DNA of 35,052 nucleotides from Simkaniaceae bacterium (GTDB lineage Bacteria; Chlamydiota; Chlamydiia; Chlamydiales; JAJFMI01): NCBI GenBank assembly GCA_040880145.1, contig JBBDIZ010000012.1, positions 1 to 35,052 of the forward strand, read 5' to 3'. Shown piece by piece: positions 8,057 to 17,863 of this stretch (position 1 is its first letter; each line of letters starts with the position of its first letter). The notes under the pieces were generated by a model. It saw only the letters and a program-made list of their open reading frames with translations, ran no database searches and was not told where the DNA came from. The position numbers and the translations under genes were made by a program.

Positions 8057-9972
8057 ATTGAGCTCCTTTTTAAATATCTTAATGGATTAAAGAGTTTACC
8101 TCCCCCGTCAAAGCTGTAGTGATACCACTCTAAGAAATTAAGACGTAAACCATGAATCACTCCTCCCATTATCCCGAGGGTCATATTCACAGCATGCCCT
8201 ATCAATAGGATGAACACGCCAAAGAAAAACTGAGCTCCTCCTCCAATGCTGTTAAAAGTTGAGGCCATAATCATGCCGGCTAAACCAAGCGCATAAAGAC
8301 GAAGATAAGAGAGAACGTCGCTAAAAATTTGTATAACCTTTGTTATTTCAGCAATCCCCTTTAAACGATGCTGAATCAGGGCTGTAATGACCGAAAACCC
8401 AATGCCAAAAAAGAGCATTTGATACCCTATTTCCTTCGCACTTTGCTTATCAATTACATGTAAAAAATGGAAAAGAGAAGTCGCTTTCAACATGGAAGGA
8501 AAAAATAAATAGCCTCCAATCATGAAACTAATCCATCCCAAATTTGCAATATCGCGCCTTAAGTAGCGAAATAGGGAAAGCGCAATGTGAATCACACCAA
8601 TCAGAAGGGAAAATTCCAAAAATAGATTTTGGTTGAATTCATCGATGACGACATACTTTAGGACCCCCTCTTTCATAAGTTTTCCCTTTAAAAGAAACTC
8701 CTCCCCGGTTTTTGCACTAGCAAGATCGGGTATTTTATTGACCCATTCTTCATAGACATCATCTCTTTTTTCCATGTGATAGGCCGCTTTCTTTTCGACT
8801 AAATGGTGGATTAGGGAAAATTGAGTGAGTTTATTTGTCGGTTTTAAATCGATTCCAAAATAGGAGGAGGTGGCAATGCCCCAAAGGGTGCAGCCCAGTC
8901 CAAGCGAGATGATAAGTGTCGATAATCGTTTTAGTGACCCCTGCCATTTCTTAACTTTAAATTTCAGGATCAGCCCTAGGGTGAGATAGAGGAATCCGTA
9001 GCCTCCATCAGAGACAATCATTGCAAAAAAGAGGATAAAGGCCCAAAAGACCCATCCCGAGGGATCTCGGTCAGTTGTTGCAGGAGTATCATAGACATGA
9101 ACTAAGTCCTCGCCGATTCGATTAAGTCCTTTATTTTCCATGTGGGTTGGTAGTTTTTCCTCTGCTTCAACCTCTACTTCCTCAAAATGCACAGCCAACC
9201 CTCCAAGCTCATTTAATACCCGTTTCGTTTGACTGACAGGAAGGTAAGCTTCCGATGTAAATAAGATATCATCTAGATGAGAAACCGCCTCTTCTTTTGC
9301 CTCATATAAGTGAGCCTCATTTAATGATTGGATAAGCTCAACACGAAAAGAAGGGATAAATGCCGTTTGCAAAACAAGCTGAAGGCGTGCTTTTCTCGTC
9401 TCTTCGATGATCTTGACTTTATCCTCATTAAGTTCCGAAAGAGAGCGCTTGAATTGCATTTCGATCATATTCTTATCTTTTATCGGCACTTTCGAAAAAC
9501 GAACAAAGTAGGCCATATCATACTCTGAACCGACATAGATAAAGCTTTCTTCAGCTCCCATCTCGTGATATTTCGTTTCATTCATACAGAAAAATTGGAA
9601 TTGACGATTTGTCTCTTTTTCTAAGATAGCGATTTCCTCAATAGAAAAATCGCCAAAAGGGGCAATGAGCGCTTTTTCAGCTTCAATCAGCCGCAAACGC
9701 TCTTCATTTTGATCGATTCGTTGCTCTAAATCGATCACATTCTTCATTTTTTCTTTTATCTCTTCAGGCGGGCAAAAGACCTCTTCTTTCTGCTCAGGAA
9801 GTTTTTTCAATATCTTAATGGCTTTGACAAGCTTATGAACATGATCCTGATAATCGATTTTTTTCTTTTTTGAAAGAAACTCTACGCATCCAAGCTTTTG
9901 CACTCTTGAGAAGAAGGTATTGAGATCTTCCTTTGCGCCGATAAATAATATTTTCTTTAAATCAATAATCAT
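8053..9972 (-). CDS. atpI: V/A-type ATPase subunit I (a)
   Basis: Soluble N-terminal half; FFAMIVSDGGYG, FSDVLSYLRLYALGLA, HGLRLNFLEW. Confidence 0.94.
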   Translation of the reverse strand: MIIDLKKILFIGAKEDLNTFFSRVQKLGCVEFLSKKKKIDYQDHVHKLVKAIKILKKLPEQKEEVFCPPEEIKEKMKNVIDLEQRIDQNEERLRLIEAEKALIAPFGDFSIEEIAILEKETNRQFQFFCMNETKYHEMGAEESFIYVGSEYDMAYFVRFSKVPIKDKNMIEMQFKRSLSELNEDKVKIIEETRKARLQLVLQTAFIPSFRVELIQSLNEAHLYEAKEEAVSHLDDILFTSEAYLPVSQTKRVLNELGGLAVHFEEVEVEAEEKLPTHMENKGLNRIGEDLVHVYDTPATTDRDPSGWVFWAFILFFAMIVSDGGYGFLYLTLGLILKFKVKKWQGSLKRLSTLIISLGLGCTLWGIATSSYFGIDLKPTNKLTQFSLIHHLVEKKAAYHMEKRDDVYEEWVNKIPDLASAKTGEEFLLKGKLMKEGVLKYVVIDEFNQNLFLEFSLLIGVIHIALSLFRYLRRDIANLGWISFMIGGYLFFPSMLKATSLFHFLHVIDKQSAKEIGYQMLFFGIGFSVITALIQHRLKGIAEITKVIQIFSDVLSYLRLYALGLAGMIMASTFNSIGGGAQFFFGVFILLIGHAVNMTLGIMGGVIHGLRLNFLEWYHYSFDGGGKLFNPLRYLKRSSI

Positions 9973-10574
9973 CCACGCTTCTCCATTATTTTTTTCTTAG
10001 CAGCCTTTGCCTGAGCCACACTCGCGAGTTCTTGATCACCCATAAAGATTTTGATCTTTTTAATGTTGGCTAAACTCCTTGGAATCAAAATTTTTTCAAA
10101 AAGATTGACGCGAATCGAGACCTCTCTCAACTCTTTTTCGAGTGCCTTTTTTTTCTCTTCGGCTACTCGGACCTTCTCTCTAGCAATCAATAACTCTTGT
10201 ATGGATTCAATAGCTCGATCCCACCAATAGGGCGTTGTAAAAAGAGAATAATTAATTTTTTTAAATTCAGCACCCTTGAATGATGGAAACTCCACACCTG
10301 CAATATTGTCTTTATCAAGAAAAACTTGCTCGATTTGAATACTCTCAAAAAGTTCGCTTAGATCATCGCCTGAAAGCAAAAGAGCAAATTCTGAAACATA
10401 ATCCTCTTCTTTTTGGTAGAGCAAAACTAAATTCTCAATTTCTAGAGAAAGGGCATTAATTTCAGATTGAAGCATCGATTTTTTTAGCTGGAGGGTCGGC
10501 AAATACTTATTGAGCTGAGTGAATTTATATTGCTGAGAACGAAGCTCGCTTTTGGTCAGTTTGATTCGACTCAT
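9969..10574 (-). CDS. atpD: V/A-type ATPase subunit D
   Basis: [28 protein letters not shown]; operon position. Confidence 0.93.
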   Translation of the reverse strand: MSRIKLTKSELRSQQYKFTQLNKYLPTLQLKKSMLQSEINALSLEIENLVLLYQKEEDYVSEFALLLSGDDLSELFESIQIEQVFLDKDNIAGVEFPSFKGAEFKKINYSLFTTPYWWDRAIESIQELLIAREKVRVAEEKKKALEKELREVSIRVNLFEKILIPRSLANIKKIKIFMGDQELASVAQAKAAKKKIMEKRG

Positions 10575-11875
10575 TTTTCCCCGGGCCAGTACTTATTGAT
10601 CAGAGCTTCTTTAATCCCTACTTCATTGGGCTCAAAACACTCTTTCAACGTTTGCCATCCCAAGTCAAGCGCCTCTTCCAGGGAAATATTTACCTCTAAA
10701 TTCATCATGCGCTCTTCAAAAAAATCCGTGAATTTCAGAAGTTTTTGATCCCACTTTGAAAGTCTAAAACCCATACTCTCCCGCTCTTTCGCTTTTTTAG
10801 ATTCTGCATAGAGACGAATTTGAGCATTTGCCAAGTCGCCATGATCTTCACGCGTAACTTCGCCAATCACTTGTTGCTTAAGTCTAGAAAGGGATCCAAA
10901 GGGATCGATACGCCCGCCATGAAGGTAGTATTGACCCTCAGTAATGTAGCCTGTATTATCCGGTATGGGATGCGTAATATCGCCTCCCGGCATAGTCGTT
11001 ACAGAGATTAATGTAATCGATCCGCTTTCGTCAATATCGACGGCTTTTTCATAACGTGCTGCTAAATCTGAGTAAAGTGATCCCGGATAGCCTCGATTTG
11101 AAGGAACTTGATCCATTGTGATCATAATCTCTTTAATCGCATCTGCAAATGCCGTCATATCAGTCAAAAGAACCAGGACATTTTTCCCTTGAGTCGCAAA
11201 GGATTCTGCGGCGGCTAAAGCCATATCGGGAACGAGTATGCATTCAACCGCCGGATCGGTCGCTTTATGAATAAACATCACCGTCTTTTCAATAGAGCCT
11301 GATTGCTCGGCATTATCGATAAATGATTGATAGTCATCGAAGCGAAGTCCCATTCCACCAATGATCACAACCTCAGCGTCGGTTTGGTTTGCAATCCTCA
11401 TAAGAAGCTGGTTATAGGGCTCCCCGGCAATCGAAAAGATAGGGATTTTTTGAGATTTGACAAGGCAGTTAAAGACATCGATCATGGGAATATTCGTCCG
11501 AACCTGCTCTCTTGGAATGATTCGCTTAACAGGATTAAATGAGGGCTGGCCAATTGGGACTTCCTCTCCAATAATTTGAGGACCGCCATCGATTGGATCT
11601 CCAACTCCTCCAAAACGACGGCCAAGCAACCCCTCTCCCGTTTTTACGCGAACCTGTTTACCTAAAAAAGAGATGCGATCACCCGTTGAAATTCCACGCG
11701 TATCTTCAAATAATTGAATAATCACATGTTCACGATTGATACTCAAAACAGAACCGTAGCACTCCCCTCCATCTCCCCGTTCAATTAGGGCGAGTTCACC
11801 GAGTTGGACTTCTTTTGCACAAACGGTGAGAAGCGAGCCTCGAATATTTAAAATGCGGTCGTAAACTTTTTTCAT
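10571..11875 (-). CDS. atpB: V/A-type ATPase subunit B
   Basis: [52 protein letters not shown]. Confidence 0.96.
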   Translation of the reverse strand: MKKVYDRILNIRGSLLTVCAKEVQLGELALIERGDGGECYGSVLSINREHVIIQLFEDTRGISTGDRISFLGKQVRVKTGEGLLGRRFGGVGDPIDGGPQIIGEEVPIGQPSFNPVKRIIPREQVRTNIPMIDVFNCLVKSQKIPIFSIAGEPYNQLLMRIANQTDAEVVIIGGMGLRFDDYQSFIDNAEQSGSIEKTVMFIHKATDPAVECILVPDMALAAAESFATQGKNVLVLLTDMTAFADAIKEIMITMDQVPSNRGYPGSLYSDLAARYEKAVDIDESGSITLISVTTMPGGDITHPIPDNTGYITEGQYYLHGGRIDPFGSLSRLKQQVIGEVTREDHGDLANAQIRLYAESKKAKERESMGFRLSKWDQKLLKFTDFFEERMMNLEVNISLEEALDLGWQTLKECFEPNEVGIKEALINKYWPGEK

Positions 11876-13608
11876 GCGAGGGCCTCCTCAATTTTGGCCA
11901 AAGCCTCTCTTTGACAGTCAGAGTTAAAAGGGATAAAGTTCATATTCTTAATCTGATTTTGCAGGTTGATGAAAAATTCACGTGCCTCATCTTTATCTTC
12001 AAAAGAGAAGGAGTGCTCAAATATTTTCTGAATAAGGGAAAAAAGCTCAATCTGACGCTCTAGTGGACAGTAAGCATCTTCTTTATCAAAAGCATTCTGT
12101 TGCAAATAGGAAAAATCATAAAGCTCTGCCTTGAGATAAGTGATCAAATCATCCATTGAAATCCCCTCTTCTCCAACGACCTCCATTCGTTTTCCAATTT
12201 CATCCCCCTCTCTTAAAAAGGACTCAGCTATTTGGACTTTCTTTTTCCAATGACTCAATTTTTCAGATAATTCATCTCCGACTTTATCGAGATATTTTGT
12301 CCAGCTAATCAAGGGATCAATAGCGGGGTAGCGGCGAGCATTTGATCGACTCCAGGATAATCCAAGGAAGGCGCCAACAACTGAAAGAGTTGCTTGCGTT
12401 ACGGGTTCTTCAAAGTTTCCACCGGCCGGAGAGACTGTCCCGCCAATTGTTAAAGAGCCCTGCTTTCCAGAAGGAAGTTTCAGGACTCCGCTACGTTCAT
12501 AAAAGGCAGCAATGCGAGATCCAAGGTAGGCCGGAAAAGCCTCTTCACCTGGGATCTCTTCCAATCGCCCAGACATTTCACGCATGGCTTGCGCCCAACG
12601 CGAGGTCGAATCAGCGAGAAGAAGAACATTTAGTCCCATCTGGCGATAATATTCAGCAATCGTTGCCCCCATGTAAACAGAAGCTTCCCTCGCTGCAACA
12701 GGCATGGATGAAGTGTTGCAGATAATAACCGTACGATTGATGAGGGGTTCATTTGTATGAGGGTCATTGAGGTGAGGAAATGTTCTTAAGACTTCAACGA
12801 CCTCCCCAGCCCTTTCCCCGCAAGCGCAGATTACAACGAGATCGACAGAGGAGTACTTGGAAAGGTGATGCTGCAATACCGTTTTTCCGGCTCCAAAAGG
12901 TCCCGGACTACAAAAAGTTCCCCCTTTCAATACAGGAAACTGCGTATCAAAAGTGCGAAGACCTGTGTCCATCATCTCTTTTGGAGAAATTTTCTCCCCT
13001 CTTTGAAGAGGGATTTTAATCGGCCACTTCTGCACCATGGTGATTTCTTTTTCAACGCCTGCTTCACTTGTGACTTTTGCAACAACTTCATCGATCGTAA
13101 AGGCCCCGGAAGGCGTAATCCAGCTAAGGGTCCACTCACCTTTCAAAGAAAAGGGCAGCATGATCAAATGGCAGTAACGCCCTTCCATTGTTGAGCCCAA
13201 AGCATCTCCCGCTTTAAGGCGGGCTCCCACTTTAGCTTTAGGCTGAAAATCCCAACGTTTTTCTCGATCTAAAGGCTTCACATAAACCCCTCTCTTTAAA
13301 AAAAGCCCCGCTTGATCGGCTACTTTTTCTAAGGGATTTTGAAGCCCGTCAAATATAGAGGTGAGAAGGCCGGGTCCGAGTTCTGCTTCTAAGAGATCAT
13401 GAGTAAAGGTCACTTCTGTGCCAAACTTCACTCCAAAAGTATCTTCGAAGACTTGAAGTTTGGCAATGTGGCCAAAGATTTCGATAACTTCTCCTTTTAA
13501 GGAAGCATCACTAAGAGAGACATAGCCGACTTCTCCCTGGCGCACGTGTCCTGTAAACTCAACTTCTAGAAGATTTCCAAATGCTTTGACGACTTTTCCA
13601 GATGCCAT
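11872..13608 (-). CDS. atpA: V/A-type ATPase catalytic subunit A
   Basis: P-loop [60 protein letters not shown]. Confidence 0.97.
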   Translation of the reverse strand: MASGKVVKAFGNLLEVEFTGHVRQGEVGYVSLSDASLKGEVIEIFGHIAKLQVFEDTFGVKFGTEVTFTHDLLEAELGPGLLTSIFDGLQNPLEKVADQAGLFLKRGVYVKPLDREKRWDFQPKAKVGARLKAGDALGSTMEGRYCHLIMLPFSLKGEWTLSWITPSGAFTIDEVVAKVTSEAGVEKEITMVQKWPIKIPLQRGEKISPKEMMDTGLRTFDTQFPVLKGGTFCSPGPFGAGKTVLQHHLSKYSSVDLVVICACGERAGEVVEVLRTFPHLNDPHTNEPLINRTVIICNTSSMPVAAREASVYMGATIAEYYRQMGLNVLLLADSTSRWAQAMREMSGRLEEIPGEEAFPAYLGSRIAAFYERSGVLKLPSGKQGSLTIGGTVSPAGGNFEEPVTQATLSVVGAFLGLSWSRSNARRYPAIDPLISWTKYLDKVGDELSEKLSHWKKKVQIAESFLREGDEIGKRMEVVGEEGISMDDLITYLKAELYDFSYLQQNAFDKEDAYCPLERQIELFSLIQKIFEHSFSFEDKDEAREFFINLQNQIKNMNFIPFNSDCQREALAKIEEALA

Positions 13609-13610
13609 AA

Positions 13611-14378
13611 TTATCCTTTGATTTTTTCAATTGCCCTTAGGCCTCTCTCTTCATCGAGTTTTTCTAAATTTTCTAAAAGAATCAGCTTGACCATATAAGA
13701 AAGAAGATAATCGATTGAGAAAAGCGGCTGATCACTAAGCTCTTCGATCTTTTTTAATCGATAATCATCAATAAAAAAAGCCTGCTCAAGTGGGTCTCTT
13801 AATTTAATAAGGCCCTCTCCAAGATCTTGAAAATCATAGGGAAATTCAAAATGGGGCTGATCCTTTTGAGCCAATAAAAATGCCACAAAAGACCCTTTTG
13901 GATCTTCAAACTGCAGCTCCTTCACAAGGTCACGATTTAATTTTTTGGCCCGATAAGCGCAAAGAGTCAATCGCAGCATGCGCTCAAATTCAAAATAGTT
14001 TTTCAAAAACCCTTCTGTTTCTAAAACTTCTCTATGGTAAAAAGCGGAGATAATCTCTGGAAAGTGCTGTATCTTCTTCTCCGTCTCTTCATACTTATCC
14101 AAAATTTCAAAAATATAGTTCGGTAAAAGAGTTTTATTCAAGAGAGCTTCATCGAGCTCCTTAACTGTAAGATTGCCTCGTGAATCACAAGGTTCATTTT
14201 TCAAAAGCCTTGAAAGGTTTGTCAGATCAATCAACCGCCGAATAAGCAAGACCTTTTTTAAGTCCTCCTCCGACAAATTCATATTGAAAAGGTGCATCAA
14301 ACTTGAAAAAGAAATCGTTAACTCCCCCCCTCGTTCTATCGGCGGGAGACTGGCACTGGCAAAGTAGTAATTACCCAT
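13611..14378 (-). CDS. V/A-type ATPase associated subunit (C-like, DUF2764/CT309-like)
   Basis: MGNYYFASASLP N-terminus and FSIDYLLSYMVKL C-terminus; between atpE and atpA; ATG 14378 overlaps the atpE stop region. Confidence 0.8.
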   Translation of the reverse strand: MGNYYFASASLPPIERGGELTISFSSLMHLFNMNLSEEDLKKVLLIRRLIDLTNLSRLLKNEPCDSRGNLTVKELDEALLNKTLLPNYIFEILDKYEETEKKIQHFPEIISAFYHREVLETEGFLKNYFEFERMLRLTLCAYRAKKLNRDLVKELQFEDPKGSFVAFLLAQKDQPHFEFPYDFQDLGEGLIKLRDPLEQAFFIDDYRLKKIEELSDQPLFSIDYLLSYMVKLILLENLEKLDEERGLRAIEKIKG

Positions 14379-14988
14379 ATAGAAATTTTTGCAAATCTTC
14401 AGCAATGTAGTTTTTCAAGAGATCTGTCAGCGCCTCTGAATCCATTTCAAGAGATAAGTTCTGATCGATGATTCTCACCTTTGCGCCTCCCTTTATAGAA
14501 GTTAATGAAACCTCTTTCAACGACTCAATCACTTCCTGTGCCAGCTGGGTATTGATCACTTCAGGATTTATGGAGTCCGGAAGCTCCAAAGAGAGCTTGG
14601 AAAAGATCCCCTCTTTTTCAATACCTTTTATCAAGGCTTGTATGATCTCGGCAATCAACTCAGGCCTCGATGCTGCCTCTTCCACTTTTTTCTTTAAGAT
14701 TGGGTTAAAGAGGCGCTCTTCAATTTCTTGCTTAAGGGATAAAACCACTTGTTTGCCGGCCATATGCAGGGAAGCTTCAAAAATCCCCCTCTCTTCTTCA
14801 ATCTTTTTCTGAGCTTGCTGAAGGAGCAAGCCGCTCTCTTCCTTTGCTTTGATCAGGATTTCCTGTTTTTGCTTTTCTGCATCATCGAGAATTTTCTGAG
14901 CCTCTTTACGCGCAGGATCCAGGGTCTCTTTTCTTAAGACATCGCAAATTTTTTTGACTTTATCTTGACTTGTTTCGAGTTCACTCAT
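14371..14988 (-). CDS. atpE: V/A-type ATPase subunit E
   Basis: DKVKKICDVLRKETLDPARKEA N-terminal coiled coil, IKGG motif; first gene of the operon. Confidence 0.88.
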   Translation of the reverse strand: MSELETSQDKVKKICDVLRKETLDPARKEAQKILDDAEKQKQEILIKAKEESGLLLQQAQKKIEEERGIFEASLHMAGKQVVLSLKQEIEERLFNPILKKKVEEAASRPELIAEIIQALIKGIEKEGIFSKLSLELPDSINPEVINTQLAQEVIESLKEVSLTSIKGGAKVRIIDQNLSLEMDSEALTDLLKNYIAEDLQKFLYG

Positions 14989-15122
14989 ATTCGTCCCTTA
15001 GCTTTCCAATAGAACTTGGAAGTATATCCTCTTTAGAAATAAAAAAAAAGTATGAAGAAAAATTTGCGAGAAAGCAATGAATGAGGCAATATCCAATTAG
15101 GGTTTAAAAAAGAGGTAAGGGC

Positions 15123-15368
15123 GTGACAATTCGCTCAACAATTGCAAAAGTGGCCTGTGCCGGTTTGTTGATTTCTTCATCACTGAAGGGTTCCACTCCT
15201 TATCACGATGATGGACGCCCAAAAGATTCAACTGAAGTGCTCACAAACGGGGTCTATGATAATGAGGGTCTCAGCGCCTCTATTTTTGGCTGGGGGATCC
15301 TCCTTGCTGTCGCCATTAGCATTTTATCTATTACACTTGGTAGCGATGATACAACACAAACTCCGTAA
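15123..15368 (+). CDS. Small hypothetical protein with signal peptide and C-terminal TM helix
   Basis: GTG start with GAGGT/AAGG upstream; signal-like N-terminus; TM segment IFGWGILLAVAISILSITLG. Confidence 0.65.
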   Translation: MTIRSTIAKVACAGLLISSSLKGSTPYHDDGRPKDSTEVLTNGVYDNEGLSASIFGWGILLAVAISILSITLGSDDTTQTP

Positions 15369-15609
15369 TCCCCTCTCGCTTTCTCTCATTGCCATGCTGC
15401 TTCTTATGCCGCTTTATCCACTGGAAGACCCGGCTAAGGATATCGAGCCTGAAAACATTCCTCCTAGTGGAATTGAGCTCACTCCAACTGAGACCCCTAA
15501 GCAAAATGATGAAGGAAAGTGGAAAACGATTGGCATGGTTATTCTATCTGTTGCTATGATTACAGTTGGCCTCGTAGTCGCCTCTTCAAATGAGGGCAAG
15601 AAGGTCTAA
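15346..15609 (+). CDS. Small hypothetical protein with signal peptide, Pro/acidic linker and C-terminal TM helix
   Basis: ATG 15346 gives 87 aa: hydrophobic [20 protein letters not shown]-like linker, TM segment [21 protein letters not shown]. Confidence 0.65.
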   Translation: MIQHKLRNPLSLSLIAMLLLMPLYPLEDPAKDIEPENIPPSGIELTPTETPKQNDEGKWKTIGMVILSVAMITVGLVVASSNEGKKV

Positions 15610-15632
15610 ATTTTTCTGAAAAGGAGCTTAAA

Positions 15633-16589
15633 ATGACGAAACTCGATGAATTGAAAAAACACTCAATTATTGTCTCCGATACAGGAGAGATCGAAGAAGT
15701 AAAAAAATATCATCCCACTGATGGAACAACCAATCCCTCGCTTATCTTAGCTGCTGCAGAAAAATCTGAATATGCTCCCCTTGTAAAAGAGGCTGTCGAG
15801 TATGGGAAAAAGTGCGGAGGAAATCAAAAAGAAAAGCTTCATCATATGATTGCCAAAGTGTTTGTAAACTTTGGCAGCGAAATTTTAAAGCATATCCCGG
15901 GACGGGTCTCTACAGAAGTCGATGCCAGACTCTCTTTCAACGTTGAAGGAAGCATCAAAATGGCTCATGAATACATCAAGCTCTATAAAGATGCCGGAAT
16001 TGATAAAAGTCGCATCTTAATCAAACTTGCTTCAACTTGGGAAGGTGTTCAAGCCGCATCTGTTTTAGAAAAAGAAGGGATTCACTGCAATATGACCTTG
16101 ATGTTTTCTCTTTCTCAAGCCATTGCTTGCGCTGAAAACAATGCCACATTGATTTCCCCTTTCGTAGGCCGAATTCTGGATTGGTACAAAAAGGCCGAAG
16201 GCAAAGAGTCCTACCCTCCAAACGAAGATCCCGGAGTGAAATCTGTCACTGAAATCTATCATTACTATAAGAAATTTGGCTACAAAACCCAGATTATGGG
16301 CGCCTCTTTCCGAAATATCGACGAAATTCTGGAGCTCGCAGGCTGTGATTTGATTACAATCGCTCCCAAGCTTCTCAATGAGCTTCAAAACTTAGAAGGA
16401 GAGGTTCCTCTAAAACTTTCAAAAAAAGATTCCATTAAAAAGGAGATTGAAAAAACCTCTATCGATGAAAAAGCCTTCAGATGGCACCTCAATGAGGACG
16501 CTATGGCGACTGAAAAGCTCTCGGAGGGGATCAGAAAGTTTGCGGCCGATACCGTTACCCTCGAAAAGTACCTCGCAAATCATTCATAA
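15633..16589 (+). CDS. tal: Transaldolase
   Basis: [40 protein letters not shown] (Schiff-base Lys), [32 protein letters not shown]. Confidence 0.97.
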   Translation: MTKLDELKKHSIIVSDTGEIEEVKKYHPTDGTTNPSLILAAAEKSEYAPLVKEAVEYGKKCGGNQKEKLHHMIAKVFVNFGSEILKHIPGRVSTEVDARLSFNVEGSIKMAHEYIKLYKDAGIDKSRILIKLASTWEGVQAASVLEKEGIHCNMTLMFSLSQAIACAENNATLISPFVGRILDWYKKAEGKESYPPNEDPGVKSVTEIYHYYKKFGYKTQIMGASFRNIDEILELAGCDLITIAPKLLNELQNLEGEVPLKLSKKDSIKKEIEKTSIDEKAFRWHLNEDAMATEKLSEGIRKFAADTVTLEKYLANHS

Positions 16590-16697
16590 CCCATTTAAAA
16601 CTATTAGTTTATGATCGAGACCTAATTTAAAGTTTTTATTTGTTTTTTATTAACATTATGTGTTATTATTAAGTTGTAAATAATAAGAGCATATAAT

Positions 16698-17840
16698 ATG
16701 GCGAATAAAATTAATAAAGAAAACTCTGGAATCATCCGTGATATTGGGCAGGGCGCTTTCCCGGATGCCGCCAGCCTTACTTCAGACATTTTAGGTCTAA
16801 GAAATGTCGGCAGTATCATAGCGTTGGCTAAAAACACCAGCCTTCCTTCAAGCTTCTTAGCTCTTGACGGACATGCCTTAGTCAACGGATTCAATGGCAT
16901 TGTCGGTTTAACAAATACTTATTTTAATGGCAGAACCGCTATCGAATTAAACGATTATCCGGAACTCATCAAAGCTGGGCTATTTGGAACGGCCATGGGC
17001 CTGAAGCTGATAACCTCTATAATCATGATTTGTTTTGATGCGGTTCTTATCGGATTTTTATTTGCTAAGGCTCACTTAGCACCTATCGCAAGCACAATTA
17101 TTGGATCATTGCAGGGCGCCTTAAGTGGTGTGCTATCCCTTTCTTTGACGCTCTACATGTCCACAAAATTATGTGTAAAAGCCTTTGAACTTGGAAAGTA
17201 TCTTTATGCTACTCATGGTCAATCTGATGTTGAAAAAGTTGACTATTTTTTGGATCATTTTAAGTTAACCGACGACGAAAAAAAATTATCTGAAAAAGAT
17301 CAGGCAAAAGCTCTTGCTAAAAAACAACTCCGCTTGAAAAAAACCGTTGGTCCAGAAGCGTATGCTCGAATTAAGCAGGATCATGAGAGTGGCTACCTTC
17401 CAGATTATCAAGCCCTTCTTTCTGATCTGAAGCGGGATTTTGCTATCGACACATTCTTTATGACCATCGGTCTTGCTGCGGCTATTTTAGGTGCTGTTGC
17501 AGCGTTTGGCGGGATAGCGATTACGGGAGGCACATTTCTTTATGTTATTCTCGCTATTGGGCTTTTGAGTACAGCCGGCTGGCTGCTATCTGATGGCTAT
17601 GATTTAGTTATGGGGCTTCGTCATGGTGATAGAACTGCAAAACATGAAAAGCTTGCCCTCTTTATAACCTCTCTTATTTTAGGACCCATTGCTATGATTG
17701 CTTTGATCGGTCTTATTGTAACAGGGGGCTATCTCTTTATAGCGACAACCGTTTTCATTGGTCTTGGTTGGATTCTTGTTCTTGCAGGAGCCCTATTGAG
17801 TATCGCAATCCGAAACTATAGAGCAGAGAATAAAGAATAA
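16698..17840 (+). CDS. Orphan multi-hairpin membrane protein (Inc-like or translocator-like)
   Basis: 380-aa ORF after an AT-rich spacer with TG-T-TATTAT (16661-16669); three long hydrophobic blocks separated by charged loops; ends at a terminator. Confidence 0.75.
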   Translation: MANKINKENSGIIRDIGQGAFPDAASLTSDILGLRNVGSIIALAKNTSLPSSFLALDGHALVNGFNGIVGLTNTYFNGRTAIELNDYPELIKAGLFGTAMGLKLITSIIMICFDAVLIGFLFAKAHLAPIASTIIGSLQGALSGVLSLSLTLYMSTKLCVKAFELGKYLYATHGQSDVEKVDYFLDHFKLTDDEKKLSEKDQAKALAKKQLRLKKTVGPEAYARIKQDHESGYLPDYQALLSDLKRDFAIDTFFMTIGLAAAILGAVAAFGGIAITGGTFLYVILAIGLLSTAGWLLSDGYDLVMGLRHGDRTAKHEKLALFITSLILGPIAMIALIGLIVTGGYLFIATTVFIGLGWILVLAGALLSIAIRNYRAENKE

Positions 17841-17863
17841 AAAAGGGCCTTTCGGCCCTTTTA
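17838..17863. terminator. Bidirectional rho-independent terminator shared by rpoC and the 16698-17840 gene
   Basis: AAAAGGGCC-TTTC-GGCCCTTTT (17841-17862) with A/T tracts on both sides, between convergent stops. Confidence 0.9.

Noticed and set aside
15004..15021. TTCCAA-N6-TTGGAA inverted repeat upstream of atpE as an operator
   Set aside because: Only 6-bp arms, I noticed no second copy, and it matches no regulator site I can name; may be chance.
15208..15345. N-terminal extension of the 133-aa ORF 15208-15609
   Set aside because: It overlaps most of the upstream 81-aa gene in another frame; ATG 15346 gives a clean signal-peptide start.
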